A DNA stretch of 64,000 nt from NCBI GenBank assembly GCA_964230555.1, contig CAXRIX010000080.1:6044-70043 (forward strand), given 5' to 3'. A model generated the notes under the pieces. The model was not told the origin of the DNA. It saw nothing but the letters and a program-made list of their open reading frames with translations, and made no database searches. Below, piece after piece: positions 19,611 to 29,853 of this stretch. Within the stretch, counting starts at the first letter, position 1. Every line of letters starts with the position of its first letter. This stretch comes from Bdellovibrionales bacterium. GTDB lineage: Bacteria > Bdellovibrionota > Bdellovibrionia > Bdellovibrionales > JAGQZY01. A program made the position numbers and the translations under genes.

Positions 19611-22418
19611 ATGAATATCGAGCTCAAAGGAGTCAGACAAAACAACCTAAAGAACATTGATGTGGATATTCCCATCAACTCTTTTACTGTTGTTTGCGGT
19701 CCCAGTGGGTCGGGCAAAAGTTCTCTCGCTTTTGAGACACTGTTTGCTGAAGGACAACGACGATACATCGAAAGCCTTTCAAGCTACGCTCGTCAATTTT
19801 TAAATCAAGCCCCAAAACCTCTGTTAGACAGTATTGCCAACGTGCCTCCGGCGATTGCTCTGGAACAAAAAAACACCGTAAAAAACTCTCGCTCCACGGT
19901 GGGTACCACGTCTGAGATTATTGAGTACCTGCGTTTATTTTATTCAAAACTTTCGGTCGCCCACTGCCCCAACGGCCATGGCCCTATTGTTAGCGACAGT
20001 CCAACCTCAGCCGCAAATAAGCTTATCGATGAGTGGGAGGGTAAGCGCGTCTATTTAACAGTCGCAATCAAGCAAAAAGAGAAGCGCTACAATAATACAG
20101 ACTTTTTAAAATCATTGTTGGCCGATGGATTCAATCGTATTTTAGTAGATAAAAGCCGAGCCAAAAAAGATCTGAAAGTTTCGCCCATAGAAATTGGCCC
20201 TCAAACAAAAGTTAAAGACTTACCTAAAAAAGACTTCTTCTTGGTCATCGATCGCTTAGCCATAAACGATGAAGACCGCGGGCGCTTAGTGGACTCTATT
20301 GGTCAATGTTATGAGATGTCCATTAAGTACAACCAACAAAATTTTGGTGCGGCTCAAATTATTAGTACTGAAAATTACGTCATTAAGCTTAGCGACAGTC
20401 TTTCATGCTCAGAATGCAGTGAGGTACTGCCAAACAGATCTCCACAACTTTTTAGTTTCAATTCACCGGTTGGAGCCTGCTCGGAGTGCAATGGCTTTGG
20501 TAATACGTTGGATATCGATGAGAAAAAAGTCATTCCCAACCCGACACTTTCTTTGAAAGAAGGGGCGATTGTACCGTTTTTTATGCCAAGCGCTGCCAAG
20601 GCCCGCCGCAAACTCTTGAACTATTGCAAGTCTGCTAAAATCGACACCGACAAACCTTGGAACAAGTTAACAGCGAAACAGAAAGAAACTTTGTGGAACG
20701 GCAACAGTAAATTTTATGGTGTCCGAGGTTATTTTGAGCACCTAGAAACAAAAAAATACAAAATGCATGTTCGCGTGTTTTTGGCACGATTTAAGACCGC
20801 CTTCACCTGTCCCACCTGCGAAGGGTCTCGCTTGTTACCGGTGACTCGGCATTACCTGATTCAAGGAAAAACAATCACCGATTTGTGTGAAATGTCTTTA
20901 AAAGATTTGAATGAGTTTGTTCTTGGTCTGAACATGACGGAATACGAAAAAGAAATGGTGAAGGATATCTATGAACAACTTTGTTCACGCCTTCGCTTTC
21001 TTAACGAGATTGGAGTTTACTACCTCAGTTTGTCACGCCAAACCCGCTCTCTTTCGGGGGGTGAGTTTCAACGTCTTTTGCTGGCTAAACAATTAGGAAT
21101 GGGACTCTCACAAGCCCTTTATGTCTTGGATGAACCGACCATCGGTTTACACCCACGGGATAACGACCAGCTGATTCGACAATTAAAAGCTTTGAACGAC
21201 CTTGGCAACACCCTGGTGGTGGTCGAACATGATCAGGATGTGATTCGTGAAAGTGACCATGTCATCGAAATGGGTCCCGGCTCGGGTTACAAAGGTGGCT
21301 CTATCGTTTTTAATGGCACGCGAGAAGAGTTTGAAGCTTGTGAAACATCAAACACCAACCAGTTTTTGGCTTCAGAACGCAAAACCATGTACTCGCCTCG
21401 TCCTGTGGGCTTGAAAGATTACAAATATTTTGTCGAGTTAAAAGGGTGCACCGGAAGAAACTTAAAAAACACCTCGGTGAAAATCCCCTTAAATCGAATC
21501 GTCACTGTCACCGGTGTGAGCGGATCAGGCAAATCCACTTTAGTCACTGAAACTCTTTACCCGGCCCTGCTCACCGAATGTGATATTGAATATACACGTG
21601 GTGAGCCTTACAAAAAATTAGTCGGCACCGAAAACCTTAAGAATGTTTTGCACATCAATCAATCCCCAGTTGGAAAGTCGGCGCGCAGTAATCCGGCCAC
21701 TTATCTTAAAATTTACGATGTGATTCGTGATATTTACTCTGGAACTTTAAAGGGACGTAATCGCGGTTACACGCCAGGAACATTTTCATTGAACGTCAAT
21801 GGCGGGCGTTGCCCTGTTTGCAAGGGTTTAGGTTATGAGCTGATTGATATGGTTTTTATGGATGACATTAAAACCATCTGTCAGTCTTGCGATGGAATGA
21901 AGTTCCGAAAAGAGATTTTAGAGGTTAAGTACAAAGGCAAAAACATTTACGAAGTTTTACAGCTGACCGTAGCTGAAGCTATGGACTTTTTTGTCTCTTA
22001 TCCCAATATTCGAAAACCTTTGAGTGTCCTAAAGCAGGTGGGTCTGGATTACTTAACCCTTGGCCAAAGCACATCAAGCCTCAGTGGTGGTGAATCTCAG
22101 CGAATTAAAATTGCCCGAGAGCTTTACAAAACCAATCAAAAAGCGACACTTTATATTTTGGATGAGCCGACCACAGGACTGCATTTTCGAGAAGTCCAAA
22201 TGCTAATGTCCATTCTTCACCAGATTGTTGAGACCGGTGGTAGCGTTTTACTGATCGAACACAACTTAGAGGTTATGGCTCAATCCGATTACATCATTGA
22301 TATGGGCCCTGAGGCCGGCGTTGATGGTGGTAAAATTGTCGCCCAAGGTTCTCCCATCGACATTTGCAAAAAGAAAACCCACACCGGCAAATACCTAAAA
22401 GAATATTTAAATTTATAG
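19611..22418 (+). CDS. uvrA: excinuclease ABC subunit A family protein
   Basis: two ABC modules (GPSGSGKSS, LSGGE, LDEPT), AEGQRRYIESLS, zinc-finger CxxC pairs. Confidence 0.92.
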   Translation: MNIELKGVRQNNLKNIDVDIPINSFTVVCGPSGSGKSSLAFETLFAEGQRRYIESLSSYARQFLNQAPKPLLDSIANVPPAIALEQKNTVKNSRSTVGTTSEIIEYLRLFYSKLSVAHCPNGHGPIVSDSPTSAANKLIDEWEGKRVYLTVAIKQKEKRYNNTDFLKSLLADGFNRILVDKSRAKKDLKVSPIEIGPQTKVKDLPKKDFFLVIDRLAINDEDRGRLVDSIGQCYEMSIKYNQQNFGAAQIISTENYVIKLSDSLSCSECSEVLPNRSPQLFSFNSPVGACSECNGFGNTLDIDEKKVIPNPTLSLKEGAIVPFFMPSAAKARRKLLNYCKSAKIDTDKPWNKLTAKQKETLWNGNSKFYGVRGYFEHLETKKYKMHVRVFLARFKTAFTCPTCEGSRLLPVTRHYLIQGKTITDLCEMSLKDLNEFVLGLNMTEYEKEMVKDIYEQLCSRLRFLNEIGVYYLSLSRQTRSLSGGEFQRLLLAKQLGMGLSQALYVLDEPTIGLHPRDNDQLIRQLKALNDLGNTLVVVEHDQDVIRESDHVIEMGPGSGYKGGSIVFNGTREEFEACETSNTNQFLASERKTMYSPRPVGLKDYKYFVELKGCTGRNLKNTSVKIPLNRIVTVTGVSGSGKSTLVTETLYPALLTECDIEYTRGEPYKKLVGTENLKNVLHINQSPVGKSARSNPATYLKIYDVIRDIYSGTLKGRNRGYTPGTFSLNVNGGRCPVCKGLGYELIDMVFMDDIKTICQSCDGMKFRKEILEVKYKGKNIYEVLQLTVAEAMDFFVSYPNIRKPLSVLKQVGLDYLTLGQSTSSLSGGESQRIKIARELYKTNQKATLYILDEPTTGLHFREVQMLMSILHQIVETGGSVLLIEHNLEVMAQSDYIIDMGPEAGVDGGKIVAQGSPIDICKKKTHTGKYLKEYLNL

Positions 22419-22425
22419 ATTTTAA

Positions 22426-24345
22426 TTACTGAGCGTACTGTAAGTTATAGAACTTGGCGTACTCGGCATTTTTCTTCAGAAGATCTTCGTGGCGACCCTG
22501 TTCAACAATGCGACCCTGCTTCATCACAATAATACGGTCACTGTTGATGATTGTAGAAAGCCGGTGAGCAATCACTAAAGCCGTTCGGCCTTTTAAAAGC
22601 TTCTCAATTCCTTTTTGCACTTCAAGTTCGCTGGCCGAGTCGAGTGCACTTGTCGCCTCATCTAAAATAAGAATCGGAGGGTCTTTGAACACAGCACGAG
22701 CGATACTAATTCGCTGCTTCTCGCCCCCTGAAAGACGACCGCCTCGCTCACCCACATTCGATTGAAAGCTAAGATTGTTGGCTTCGATAAATCCTGTGGC
22801 ATTGGCAATCTTGGCCGCCATTGGCACGTCGGCTTTATCTCGGTTGAGGTTTCCAAACCAAATATTATTTTCAATGGTATCGTCAAACAGAAAGACATCT
22901 TGAGTGACGTAGCCAATATGGCTGCGTAAATCCTCTGTCATCATTTCATTGATGGGGACCCCTCCGATTTCGATACGGCCTGAAACAGGATCAAAGAATC
23001 GTTGTAAAAGTCCGGCCAAAGTCGACTTTCCAGACCCACTTTCTCCGACCAGTGCGACCACTTCGCCTTTCTTGATTTGAAGATCCACCGAGTTAAGGAC
23101 GGCCTTGTCTCCATAAGCAAAGTTAACGTCCTTAAAATCAATTTGCGACCAGTTGTCGGGGAAGGCTCTTGGTTGGGTCGGTTCTAAAATTTGGCTTTCA
23201 CTGTTTAAAACCTCATTCAGACGATCTAAGGCCACCACATTCTGCTGGATTCGGATAACAGCCTGCTGGGTCTTTTTAATTGGGTTATTTAAAAGGCCCG
23301 CTCCAAACAAAAAGCCAAGAAATGCTGACAGATCCGACTCCCCGGCAATGATTTGCTGGGCTTGAAACAAACAAATTCCACAAACCAACACCGAAGCGAA
23401 CCATTCGTTGATAGGACTTCCAAGCTCTTCTCTTTTGATAATCTTGCGCCGTTTACTCAAAAAATCACCAACCTGGTCAGCGAACCTTTTTTTAATGGTT
23501 TGTTGCAGGTTAAATGATTGAATCACCCGAACTCCATCCAGGCCCTCTTTTAAGGTTTTCGTAACCTCCTCAAGAGATTCTTGGCTTTCATGGCCAAAGC
23601 GCCGTAAACTTTTTGTGATAATTCGAATGACGGCCGCGAATATGGGAAGAAAAACAAAACATCCTAAAGTGATTTTCCAGTTGGTCACAAACAAATATCC
23701 GATTAGGACCAAGGCCACAATGGGCTCGCGAATAAGGTCAGCGTAGTATTGCAAACCATTTTGCAAAATTAGAGTATCGTTTAAAGTCCGACTAAGAAGG
23801 CCGCTGGAGCCTTTTTTCTGACGACCGAGATAGAGGACATCCAAGTCTAGAAATTTGTTCATAAGAGCCAAACGAATATTCGAGATAATTTGATCGCCGG
23901 TGTATTTGACTAGGAAAAAATGAAAATAACGAATCAAGCCCCACAGCAGATAGTACACAGGGAAGGCTAAAGCTATAAAATAAACAATGTCATAGTTGCT
24001 GACCTGAAGGAGGTAAGAATCTTGTGGAATTTCGAAGAACCTCGCCAATTTCATAAACTCGGGATTGGCGGCCAACCCTTGTGGTAGGTCTTCCAATGCT
24101 TGCAGTTGGTTGCGTAACACTTCAAGCTTTTCTGGCTGGTCCTCTCCCAACGCTTGCATTTTTTCTTTTAAATTAAGAATTCTTTTCTCAACACCTAAGG
24201 AATCAAAGGCCGCAAGCAGTGTTTGGGCTAAAATCGGCAATAGCACCTGCAGCTGAGCGTAAAAAACACCCAACAGAACAGCGCCAAAAATCTTCATTTT
24301 GAAGGGCTTAACAAAAGGCCATAGTCTCAGCCAAGATTTATACAT
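22426..24345 (-). CDS. MsbA-like ABC exporter (TMD + NBD)
   Basis: multiple TM helices; GESGSGKST, LSGGEKQR, LDEATSALD, IAHRLST. Confidence 0.9.
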   Translation of the reverse strand: MYKSWLRLWPFVKPFKMKIFGAVLLGVFYAQLQVLLPILAQTLLAAFDSLGVEKRILNLKEKMQALGEDQPEKLEVLRNQLQALEDLPQGLAANPEFMKLARFFEIPQDSYLLQVSNYDIVYFIALAFPVYYLLWGLIRYFHFFLVKYTGDQIISNIRLALMNKFLDLDVLYLGRQKKGSSGLLSRTLNDTLILQNGLQYYADLIREPIVALVLIGYLFVTNWKITLGCFVFLPIFAAVIRIITKSLRRFGHESQESLEEVTKTLKEGLDGVRVIQSFNLQQTIKKRFADQVGDFLSKRRKIIKREELGSPINEWFASVLVCGICLFQAQQIIAGESDLSAFLGFLFGAGLLNNPIKKTQQAVIRIQQNVVALDRLNEVLNSESQILEPTQPRAFPDNWSQIDFKDVNFAYGDKAVLNSVDLQIKKGEVVALVGESGSGKSTLAGLLQRFFDPVSGRIEIGGVPINEMMTEDLRSHIGYVTQDVFLFDDTIENNIWFGNLNRDKADVPMAAKIANATGFIEANNLSFQSNVGERGGRLSGGEKQRISIARAVFKDPPILILDEATSALDSASELEVQKGIEKLLKGRTALVIAHRLSTIINSDRIIVMKQGRIVEQGRHEDLLKKNAEYAKFYNLQYAQ

Positions 24346-24407
24346 GTCGAACAACTTGGCAAAATTTAGGGTTAACATCAATGCTTTTTTGACTGCCCTT
24401 TTGACAG

Positions 24408-24422
24408 CTCTCATTTTGAGAC
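24408..24422. promoter_or_regulatory. palindromic motif copy (1 mismatch)
   Basis: ctctcattttgagac in the divergent promoter region between the ABC exporter and the sigma54 activator. Confidence 0.5.
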
Positions 24423-24566
24423 ATTTGAGGATTCAACACTTAGTAAAATAACCAAGTAAATTCAATGACTTAAAATATCTGACTAAATTCTTCGCAATAC
24501 TGTAAAGTTGTCCACTTTTTTGACGATAAGAAACTGTACAGATTATTGACGGCAAGGAGATAAGGC

Positions 24567-26120
24567 ATGATCAATTGGGATGAGTTTGAACATATCCACG
24601 TTATTAAAAAGTTGAAGTTGATACTATCCTCGTGGTGGAACATTGATGTTGTTTTCACCGATGAAAGAGGGCGCATGCGAGGCTACAAAGAAACAGCCAT
24701 CGTTAACCCCGCTGTTCAAGCCTTCCTTAATAAAGAAGCCAATCGAGAAGGTCTTTCCGAAGAGGTTTCTGGAGCCATCAATGAGATGCAAGCTTCAGAA
24801 AGCCGTTTCTCGTTAACCAAATGGTCCAACGCTGGATTTGATATGGCGGTTTTCCCCATCGTTATTGATGGAGAATTTATGGGCACAGTTGTTGGCTTGG
24901 GATTTATCAAAGATACAGCTGAAACCAATCGAATTGATGAAGTCAAAGACCGTTTGGCCTCGCAAGGTGAAACCCGTGACACTGTTGATTTTGCAGTCTC
25001 TAAAATCCGTTTTCTCGATGACAACGATCGCGCTCACTTTATTGACCTTGTCGACCTTGTGTCTCGTGAGATCGTCACCCTACACCTAGAAATTAGTAAC
25101 CGTGAAGAAAGAATTCGTGAGCTTAACAAAGAACTTGGAAGCCGTTATAAATACGACAACATGATCGGAAAATCTCAGGCCATGCAAAGTACTTATGCAT
25201 TGTTGGATAAAATCAAAGGTGCTGACAGCACTGTCCTTATCCAAGGTGAGAATGGTACCGGAAAAGAGCTCATCGCCAAGTCGATTCACTACAATTCGGT
25301 TCGCTCTAGCAAGCCTTTTGTTATTCAGAACTGTTCCGCTTTTAACGATAACCTTCTTGAGTCAGAACTTTTTGGACACGTAAAGGGATCGTTTACTGGT
25401 GCTCATAAAGACAAAAAAGGTCTTTTCGAAATCGCCGACAAAGGGACTTTCTTTCTCGATGAAATTGGTGACACCTCCCCGCAAATGCAGGTGAAGTTGC
25501 TTCGTGTTTTACAAGAAGGAACTTTTACACCAGTCGGTGCCCTTGAGTCTCGAAAAGTTGATGTTCGAGTGATTGCGGCCACCAACAGAAATCTTCGTGA
25601 AATGGTTGAAAATGGAAGCTTCCGTGAGGATCTTTATTACCGCTTAAATGTGATCAACCTTCGCGTTCCGCCTTTGCGTGAGCGTAAAGAGGATATTCCT
25701 TTATTATCAGAGTTTTTCATCGACCACGCCTGTAAACGCTCAGGCATCGGCAAGCGTGTTTTGACAAAACGGGCTTTGGAAAAGCTTTATGACTATCATT
25801 GGCCTGGAAACGTCCGAGAGCTGCAAAACGAAATGGAGAGAATCGTTGTACTTAGTGGTGAAGAGACTAAAATCACAGGCGACATGCTTTCTCCAAAGAT
25901 CATTGAAGGTGGTCAAAAAACCAAAGTTCAAGGAACTCGCGTTACAGGTAAACTAAAAGACGCCATCGAAGAACTTGAAATGCAAATGATTAAAGAAGGA
26001 CTTCGTCGAACCGGCTGGAATAAGTCTAAGCTTGCTAAAGAGCTTGGCATCAGTCGCGCTGGTCTTATTATGAAAGTTGAAAAATACGATCTTGATAAAA
26101 GAAGAGTTCGGAAGAGCTAA
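24567..26120 (+). CDS. sigma54-dependent transcriptional activator (PocR/GAF-like sensor, AAA+, Fis-type HTH)
   Basis: GENGTGKE, ESELFGH, GSFTGA, FLDEIG, FREDLYYRL, WPGNVREL, C-terminal HTH. Confidence 0.93.
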   Translation: MINWDEFEHIHVIKKLKLILSSWWNIDVVFTDERGRMRGYKETAIVNPAVQAFLNKEANREGLSEEVSGAINEMQASESRFSLTKWSNAGFDMAVFPIVIDGEFMGTVVGLGFIKDTAETNRIDEVKDRLASQGETRDTVDFAVSKIRFLDDNDRAHFIDLVDLVSREIVTLHLEISNREERIRELNKELGSRYKYDNMIGKSQAMQSTYALLDKIKGADSTVLIQGENGTGKELIAKSIHYNSVRSSKPFVIQNCSAFNDNLLESELFGHVKGSFTGAHKDKKGLFEIADKGTFFLDEIGDTSPQMQVKLLRVLQEGTFTPVGALESRKVDVRVIAATNRNLREMVENGSFREDLYYRLNVINLRVPPLRERKEDIPLLSEFFIDHACKRSGIGKRVLTKRALEKLYDYHWPGNVRELQNEMERIVVLSGEETKITGDMLSPKIIEGGQKTKVQGTRVTGKLKDAIEELEMQMIKEGLRRTGWNKSKLAKELGISRAGLIMKVEKYDLDKRRVRKS

Positions 26121-26155
26121 GGGACTCCTGTCACCAAGATCAGATTATAAATATC

Positions 26156-26183
26156 AAAAGGGAAGCGAAAGCTTCCCTTTTTT
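26156..26183. terminator. bidirectional rho-independent terminator
   Basis: AAAAGGGAAGC-GAAA-GCTTCCCTTTTTT between convergent genes. Confidence 0.88.
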
Positions 26184-26188
26184 CGTTC

Positions 26189-26452
26189 TTAGTTGGTTTT
26201 CGGCTTTTCCAAACGGTGAACGATGGACTTCGGAGGCACGAAAAGAGTGAGTTCTGTCTCTTTATTCGCCAAGATCTGTTTGACGCCCTCTTTTGTGAGT
26301 TCCGATTTTTTAATTTTAATCTTTTCTGTATCGGACTCCATATATATGAAGTTTTTATTGTCTTTCACATAGGTGCCTCGGACCTCAACATTGCCCTGAG
26401 CCCAAATGTTCAAAGAAAACAAAATAATTGTGAAAAAGGCCTGGAATTTCAT
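26189..26452 (-). CDS. small secreted hypothetical protein
   Basis: signal peptide MKFQAFFTIILFSLNIWA; AAGGGG SD. Confidence 0.75.
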   Translation of the reverse strand: MKFQAFFTIILFSLNIWAQGNVEVRGTYVKDNKNFIYMESDTEKIKIKKSELTKEGVKQILANKETELTLFVPPKSIVHRLEKPKTN

Positions 26453-26898
26453 AAGTTTCCCCTTTTCTTAATGATGACACTAGTTCCCCCCAACCGCAAG
26501 CCTCGGCCTCCCCAATCTAAGCTTTCTGGAGCACTCAATGAATCAACATCAAGAATACTTTTAAGGACACCACCGCTTGATATTCATCGCCCGCCTCTGA
26601 CAGCCATAATGTAAATGCACCCCTTAAAAGGGGGGCAACGGTGTTGAAATTATACCGAACCCTGAAGTTATTACTGGTCTTGATTTCGACCAGAGCGTTT
26701 TCACTCCTGTAAAAAACACCCATTGTCCATTGACTCTGTTTCGAGCAAGATTCTAACACATTGTTTTTACTACTTTTTTGCGGGTCAATTTGTTTTGTAC
26801 AGTTATTCTTTTGTGAGCTTTTTTCATAAACCATAGGCTCATTTTCGGCACATGTTTTGTATAGGAAATGTCTCGAATAAACGGAAGGGATCAAAGAC

Positions 26899-27813
26899 AT
26901 GGATGCAATATTCAACAAGGTCAGCACAATTTTTAAAGAAAGATACGGCGCTGAACTCAAAATCGATAAAAAACTCACAGTCACACAAAAAAGGCAGGAA
27001 AAACGAAGTAGCTTTAAAAGCCCTTTCGTCTACTCACGGACCCTTCGGCAGGTTTCGTTTCCAATTTTTAACTCAAAACAAGAACTCAATGCGGTTGTCA
27101 CAGCCCGTCCTGTCGACAACAAAGATGCCATTATCTTTGCTGAAATGGCGCAGTTCCTACAGCTCACGATCGCTGAGCATATAAGCCTGATTGATGAGCT
27201 TGAAACCCAAGATCAAACCCTAATCGCTATAGAAAGAGCTCACTGCGATGACAATAAAGTGATCGAACTCAGAACAAAAAAAGATTCTGTTCCTCATTAC
27301 CAATACAAAGACTTTAAAAAGAAAAAGCCACTAGATCGGCGACCTATCTGGATCAGTGGAGACAATGATAATTTTAATTCTCATATCGCCTTTTCAGTCC
27401 ACGACTGGATTGGCAATTGGGCCTTTATCAATGCCAAGGAAACTCCTGACTTGGTATGGGAAGATGCCCACAGCTGGCAGAATTTTCCGCAGGTCACCTT
27501 GTTCGTTCCCAACATCGAGGAGCTGACCTCGGACCAAATTCGTATTTTACGAGAAAATTTGGCGAAACTTCAAAAGATGGATGGCCCCAAGCCACTGATC
27601 ATTGTCACCAGCCAAAATGAGGTTTCCGAAGAATTAGAACAATTGAAGCGAGAGTTCAAAAACTACCGGTCTAACGCTAAAATTTCAGCTCGCGTTCAGG
27701 CCCACTTCTTGATTTATCACCATAAACAAGAATCACCGTTTCTTCATGAGTGTGATGAAACCAAAGGCATCTATTTTTTACCGTTCTCGCCGGGATCTCA
27801 TATATTGCATTGA
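26899..27813 (+). CDS. hypothetical protein with a degenerate sigma54-activator-like AAA+ domain
   Basis: PIWISG..HIAFSVH..AFIN..TLFVPNIEEL..QIRIL..LIIVTS follows the order of bEBP motifs but lacks Walker A/B residues. Confidence 0.7.
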   Translation: MDAIFNKVSTIFKERYGAELKIDKKLTVTQKRQEKRSSFKSPFVYSRTLRQVSFPIFNSKQELNAVVTARPVDNKDAIIFAEMAQFLQLTIAEHISLIDELETQDQTLIAIERAHCDDNKVIELRTKKDSVPHYQYKDFKKKKPLDRRPIWISGDNDNFNSHIAFSVHDWIGNWAFINAKETPDLVWEDAHSWQNFPQVTLFVPNIEELTSDQIRILRENLAKLQKMDGPKPLIIVTSQNEVSEELEQLKREFKNYRSNAKISARVQAHFLIYHHKQESPFLHECDETKGIYFLPFSPGSHILH

Positions 27814-27859
27814 ATTATTGAGACTATGTTTCCTGAGGAAGTTGAGATAAAATCAGGAG

Positions 27860-28870
27860 ATGCAGCCTTTTCAAGATTTTTTACAGCCCCTGCTTAACAC
27901 TGAGGACTTTTCAGTCACACCTTTGGCGGGGGACGCATCGACCCGACGCTATTATCGGGTGATTTGCGACAACAAAAAGTCTTGGGTTTTGATGGAGTGG
28001 GAACCATTTAAAAAAATTGCCGACTTCCCATTCCTATCGGTTCAAAAATATTTTGATGAGCATGGAATTCGCGTTCCCAAAATTCACACTTATGACAAAG
28101 AACTGGGCTTATTTTTACTTGAAGACCTGGGTGATCTCACTCTTGAGCGTCGGTTCTGGGAGTTCCAGAACCAGGAGTTCGTTCTCTCATTTTACAAAAA
28201 ATCTTTGGATGAACTGATCAAAATTCACTCACTCTGCTTTGAGGCCCCCGAAGGTAAAGTTTGTACGGCCTACCACAACGAGTTTTCTGTTGAGAAACTT
28301 CTGTGGGAGTTAAACTATGCAAAGAAGTATCTGCTCAAGGGTCTTTTAAAGATGGAGCTTTCTGAAACCGAAGAGTCTCAGCTCGACGGTGAGTTTACAA
28401 CAATTTGTGAGTCTCTATACAGCTCTCCGCAAGTGATCTGCCACCGCGATTTTCACTCAAGAAACATTATGCTTTCTTACGGTGAGGTCGCTATCATTGA
28501 TTTTCAAGATGCTCGCCTCGGTCCCCCGGCCTACGACCTGGTCAGTCTTTTTTATGACTCTTATGTCGAGTTGACTGAGGCTTCAGTTAACGAGCTCATG
28601 AAATATTATAAAGATAACTTTAAGCACTACGATAAACTGAATTTGAGTGACGAGAAATGGAATGAACTCTTTCTTTATCAAACCATCCAACGCTGCTTTA
28701 AGGCTTGTGGAAGTTTTGCCTCGTTTAAGATGACCCGAGACGACAACCGCTACCTTGGCTACATCGAACCAACCTTAAAGCATATAATGAAGACTCTACC
28801 AGACTGGAAAGCCAACAGTCTTTTGTTCGAGCTTCTTGAACGTTCCCAACCGACTTGGGAGGATTTGTGA
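27860..28870 (+). CDS. amgK: anomeric MurNAc/GlcNAc kinase (APH-family phosphotransferase)
   Basis: LAGDASTRRYYR, LLEDLGD, HRDFHSRNIM, IDFQDARLGP..YDLVS; adjacent to murU and anmK. Confidence 0.8.
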   Translation: MQPFQDFLQPLLNTEDFSVTPLAGDASTRRYYRVICDNKKSWVLMEWEPFKKIADFPFLSVQKYFDEHGIRVPKIHTYDKELGLFLLEDLGDLTLERRFWEFQNQEFVLSFYKKSLDELIKIHSLCFEAPEGKVCTAYHNEFSVEKLLWELNYAKKYLLKGLLKMELSETEESQLDGEFTTICESLYSSPQVICHRDFHSRNIMLSYGEVAIIDFQDARLGPPAYDLVSLFYDSYVELTEASVNELMKYYKDNFKHYDKLNLSDEKWNELFLYQTIQRCFKACGSFASFKMTRDDNRYLGYIEPTLKHIMKTLPDWKANSLLFELLERSQPTWEDL

Positions 28871-29853
28871 GCCTATGTTTTATGCTCACTGCTGGTCAAG
28901 GCACACGCCTTAAGCCTTACACCGACTACTACGCCAAGCCGACCCTGCCTCTTTTAAATATTCCCTTGGCTTACTATGGGTTTTACCTGGCCGCCCAAGG
29001 TGGATTCAAAGATTATCTGATGAATAAGCATCATCTTCCTAATCAAATCGAAATATTAGCGTCTTCATTGAAAGATCACTGCCGAGAAATTACGACTGTA
29101 GACGAGACCGAAAAGCTTCTAGGAAGTGGCGGCGCTTTGTGGAATGCTCGCGATATCTTAAGAAAGCATGAGTTTTTTATGATTGCTAACGGAGATGAGG
29201 TTTTAATCCCCACAGATTCTAAAGTGATAAACAAATTGGTTCGGTTTTTCAACGAAAAGAAAACCTTAAGCTGCCTTTTAACCTGTGATCATCCCGAACT
29301 GATGAAGTCGCTGAAGCCAGTGTGGGTCACACCGGACCAAACCGTGATCGGCTTTGGGATGGATGCGCCCCCTGGAGAACCACGCCCCGTGCACTACACG
29401 GGCTATAAGGTCTTTTCTAGCAAAATACTCGACTGGCTCCCCAACGGGGAATCAAATATCTTTTATGAAGTTCTGGTGGAGGCCATTAGCCAGGGCCAGA
29501 ACATCTTCCATTATCATCTCGATCAAGCCGAGTGGCATGAAACGGGCAACCCTCGATCCTTTTTTGAAGCCAGTCGAACCTTGGCTCAAACACAATGGGC
29601 CGCCATCAACCAGCGTCGTCAGTTTTTTGGGTGGAAACCCCTGTGGAAAACCGTCGATAACAGCAAACAACTTATTGGCGAAGACGAAAACTTAAAACAA
29701 CACTGGGATCAAATTTCTGGTCATGTGGTTGTTGGGTCTGGAGTGCACTGGCCTGAAAACCAGTTTGTTAAAGATGCTATCGTGTTTTCCAACCAGTCTA
29801 TTGCCGATAGCGAAAATCCAAAATCTGGAATTTTTTTAGAGGAGTCCGAATAG
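28867..29853 (+). CDS. murU: MurNAc-1-phosphate uridylyltransferase-like nucleotidyltransferase
   Basis: LTAGQGTRLKPYT..KP, LLGSGG, NGD; GTG start overlaps the amgK stop. Confidence 0.7.
   Translation: MSLCFMLTAGQGTRLKPYTDYYAKPTLPLLNIPLAYYGFYLAAQGGFKDYLMNKHHLPNQIEILASSLKDHCREITTVDETEKLLGSGGALWNARDILRKHEFFMIANGDEVLIPTDSKVINKLVRFFNEKKTLSCLLTCDHPELMKSLKPVWVTPDQTVIGFGMDAPPGEPRPVHYTGYKVFSSKILDWLPNGESNIFYEVLVEAISQGQNIFHYHLDQAEWHETGNPRSFFEASRTLAQTQWAAINQRRQFFGWKPLWKTVDNSKQLIGEDENLKQHWDQISGHVVVGSGVHWPENQFVKDAIVFSNQSIADSENPKSGIFLEESE

Noticed and set aside
26490-26515. CGCAAGCCTCGGCCT resembling part of a c-di-GMP-I riboswitch
   Set aside because: The upstream GGCAAAC..GAAA stem and the P1 pairing are absent.
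26535-26984. 149-aa minus-strand ORF and many other 60-200 aa alternative-frame ORFs in the track
   Set aside because: They overlap well-supported genes or RNA genes on other frames and lack motifs or SD sequences; treated as shadow ORFs.
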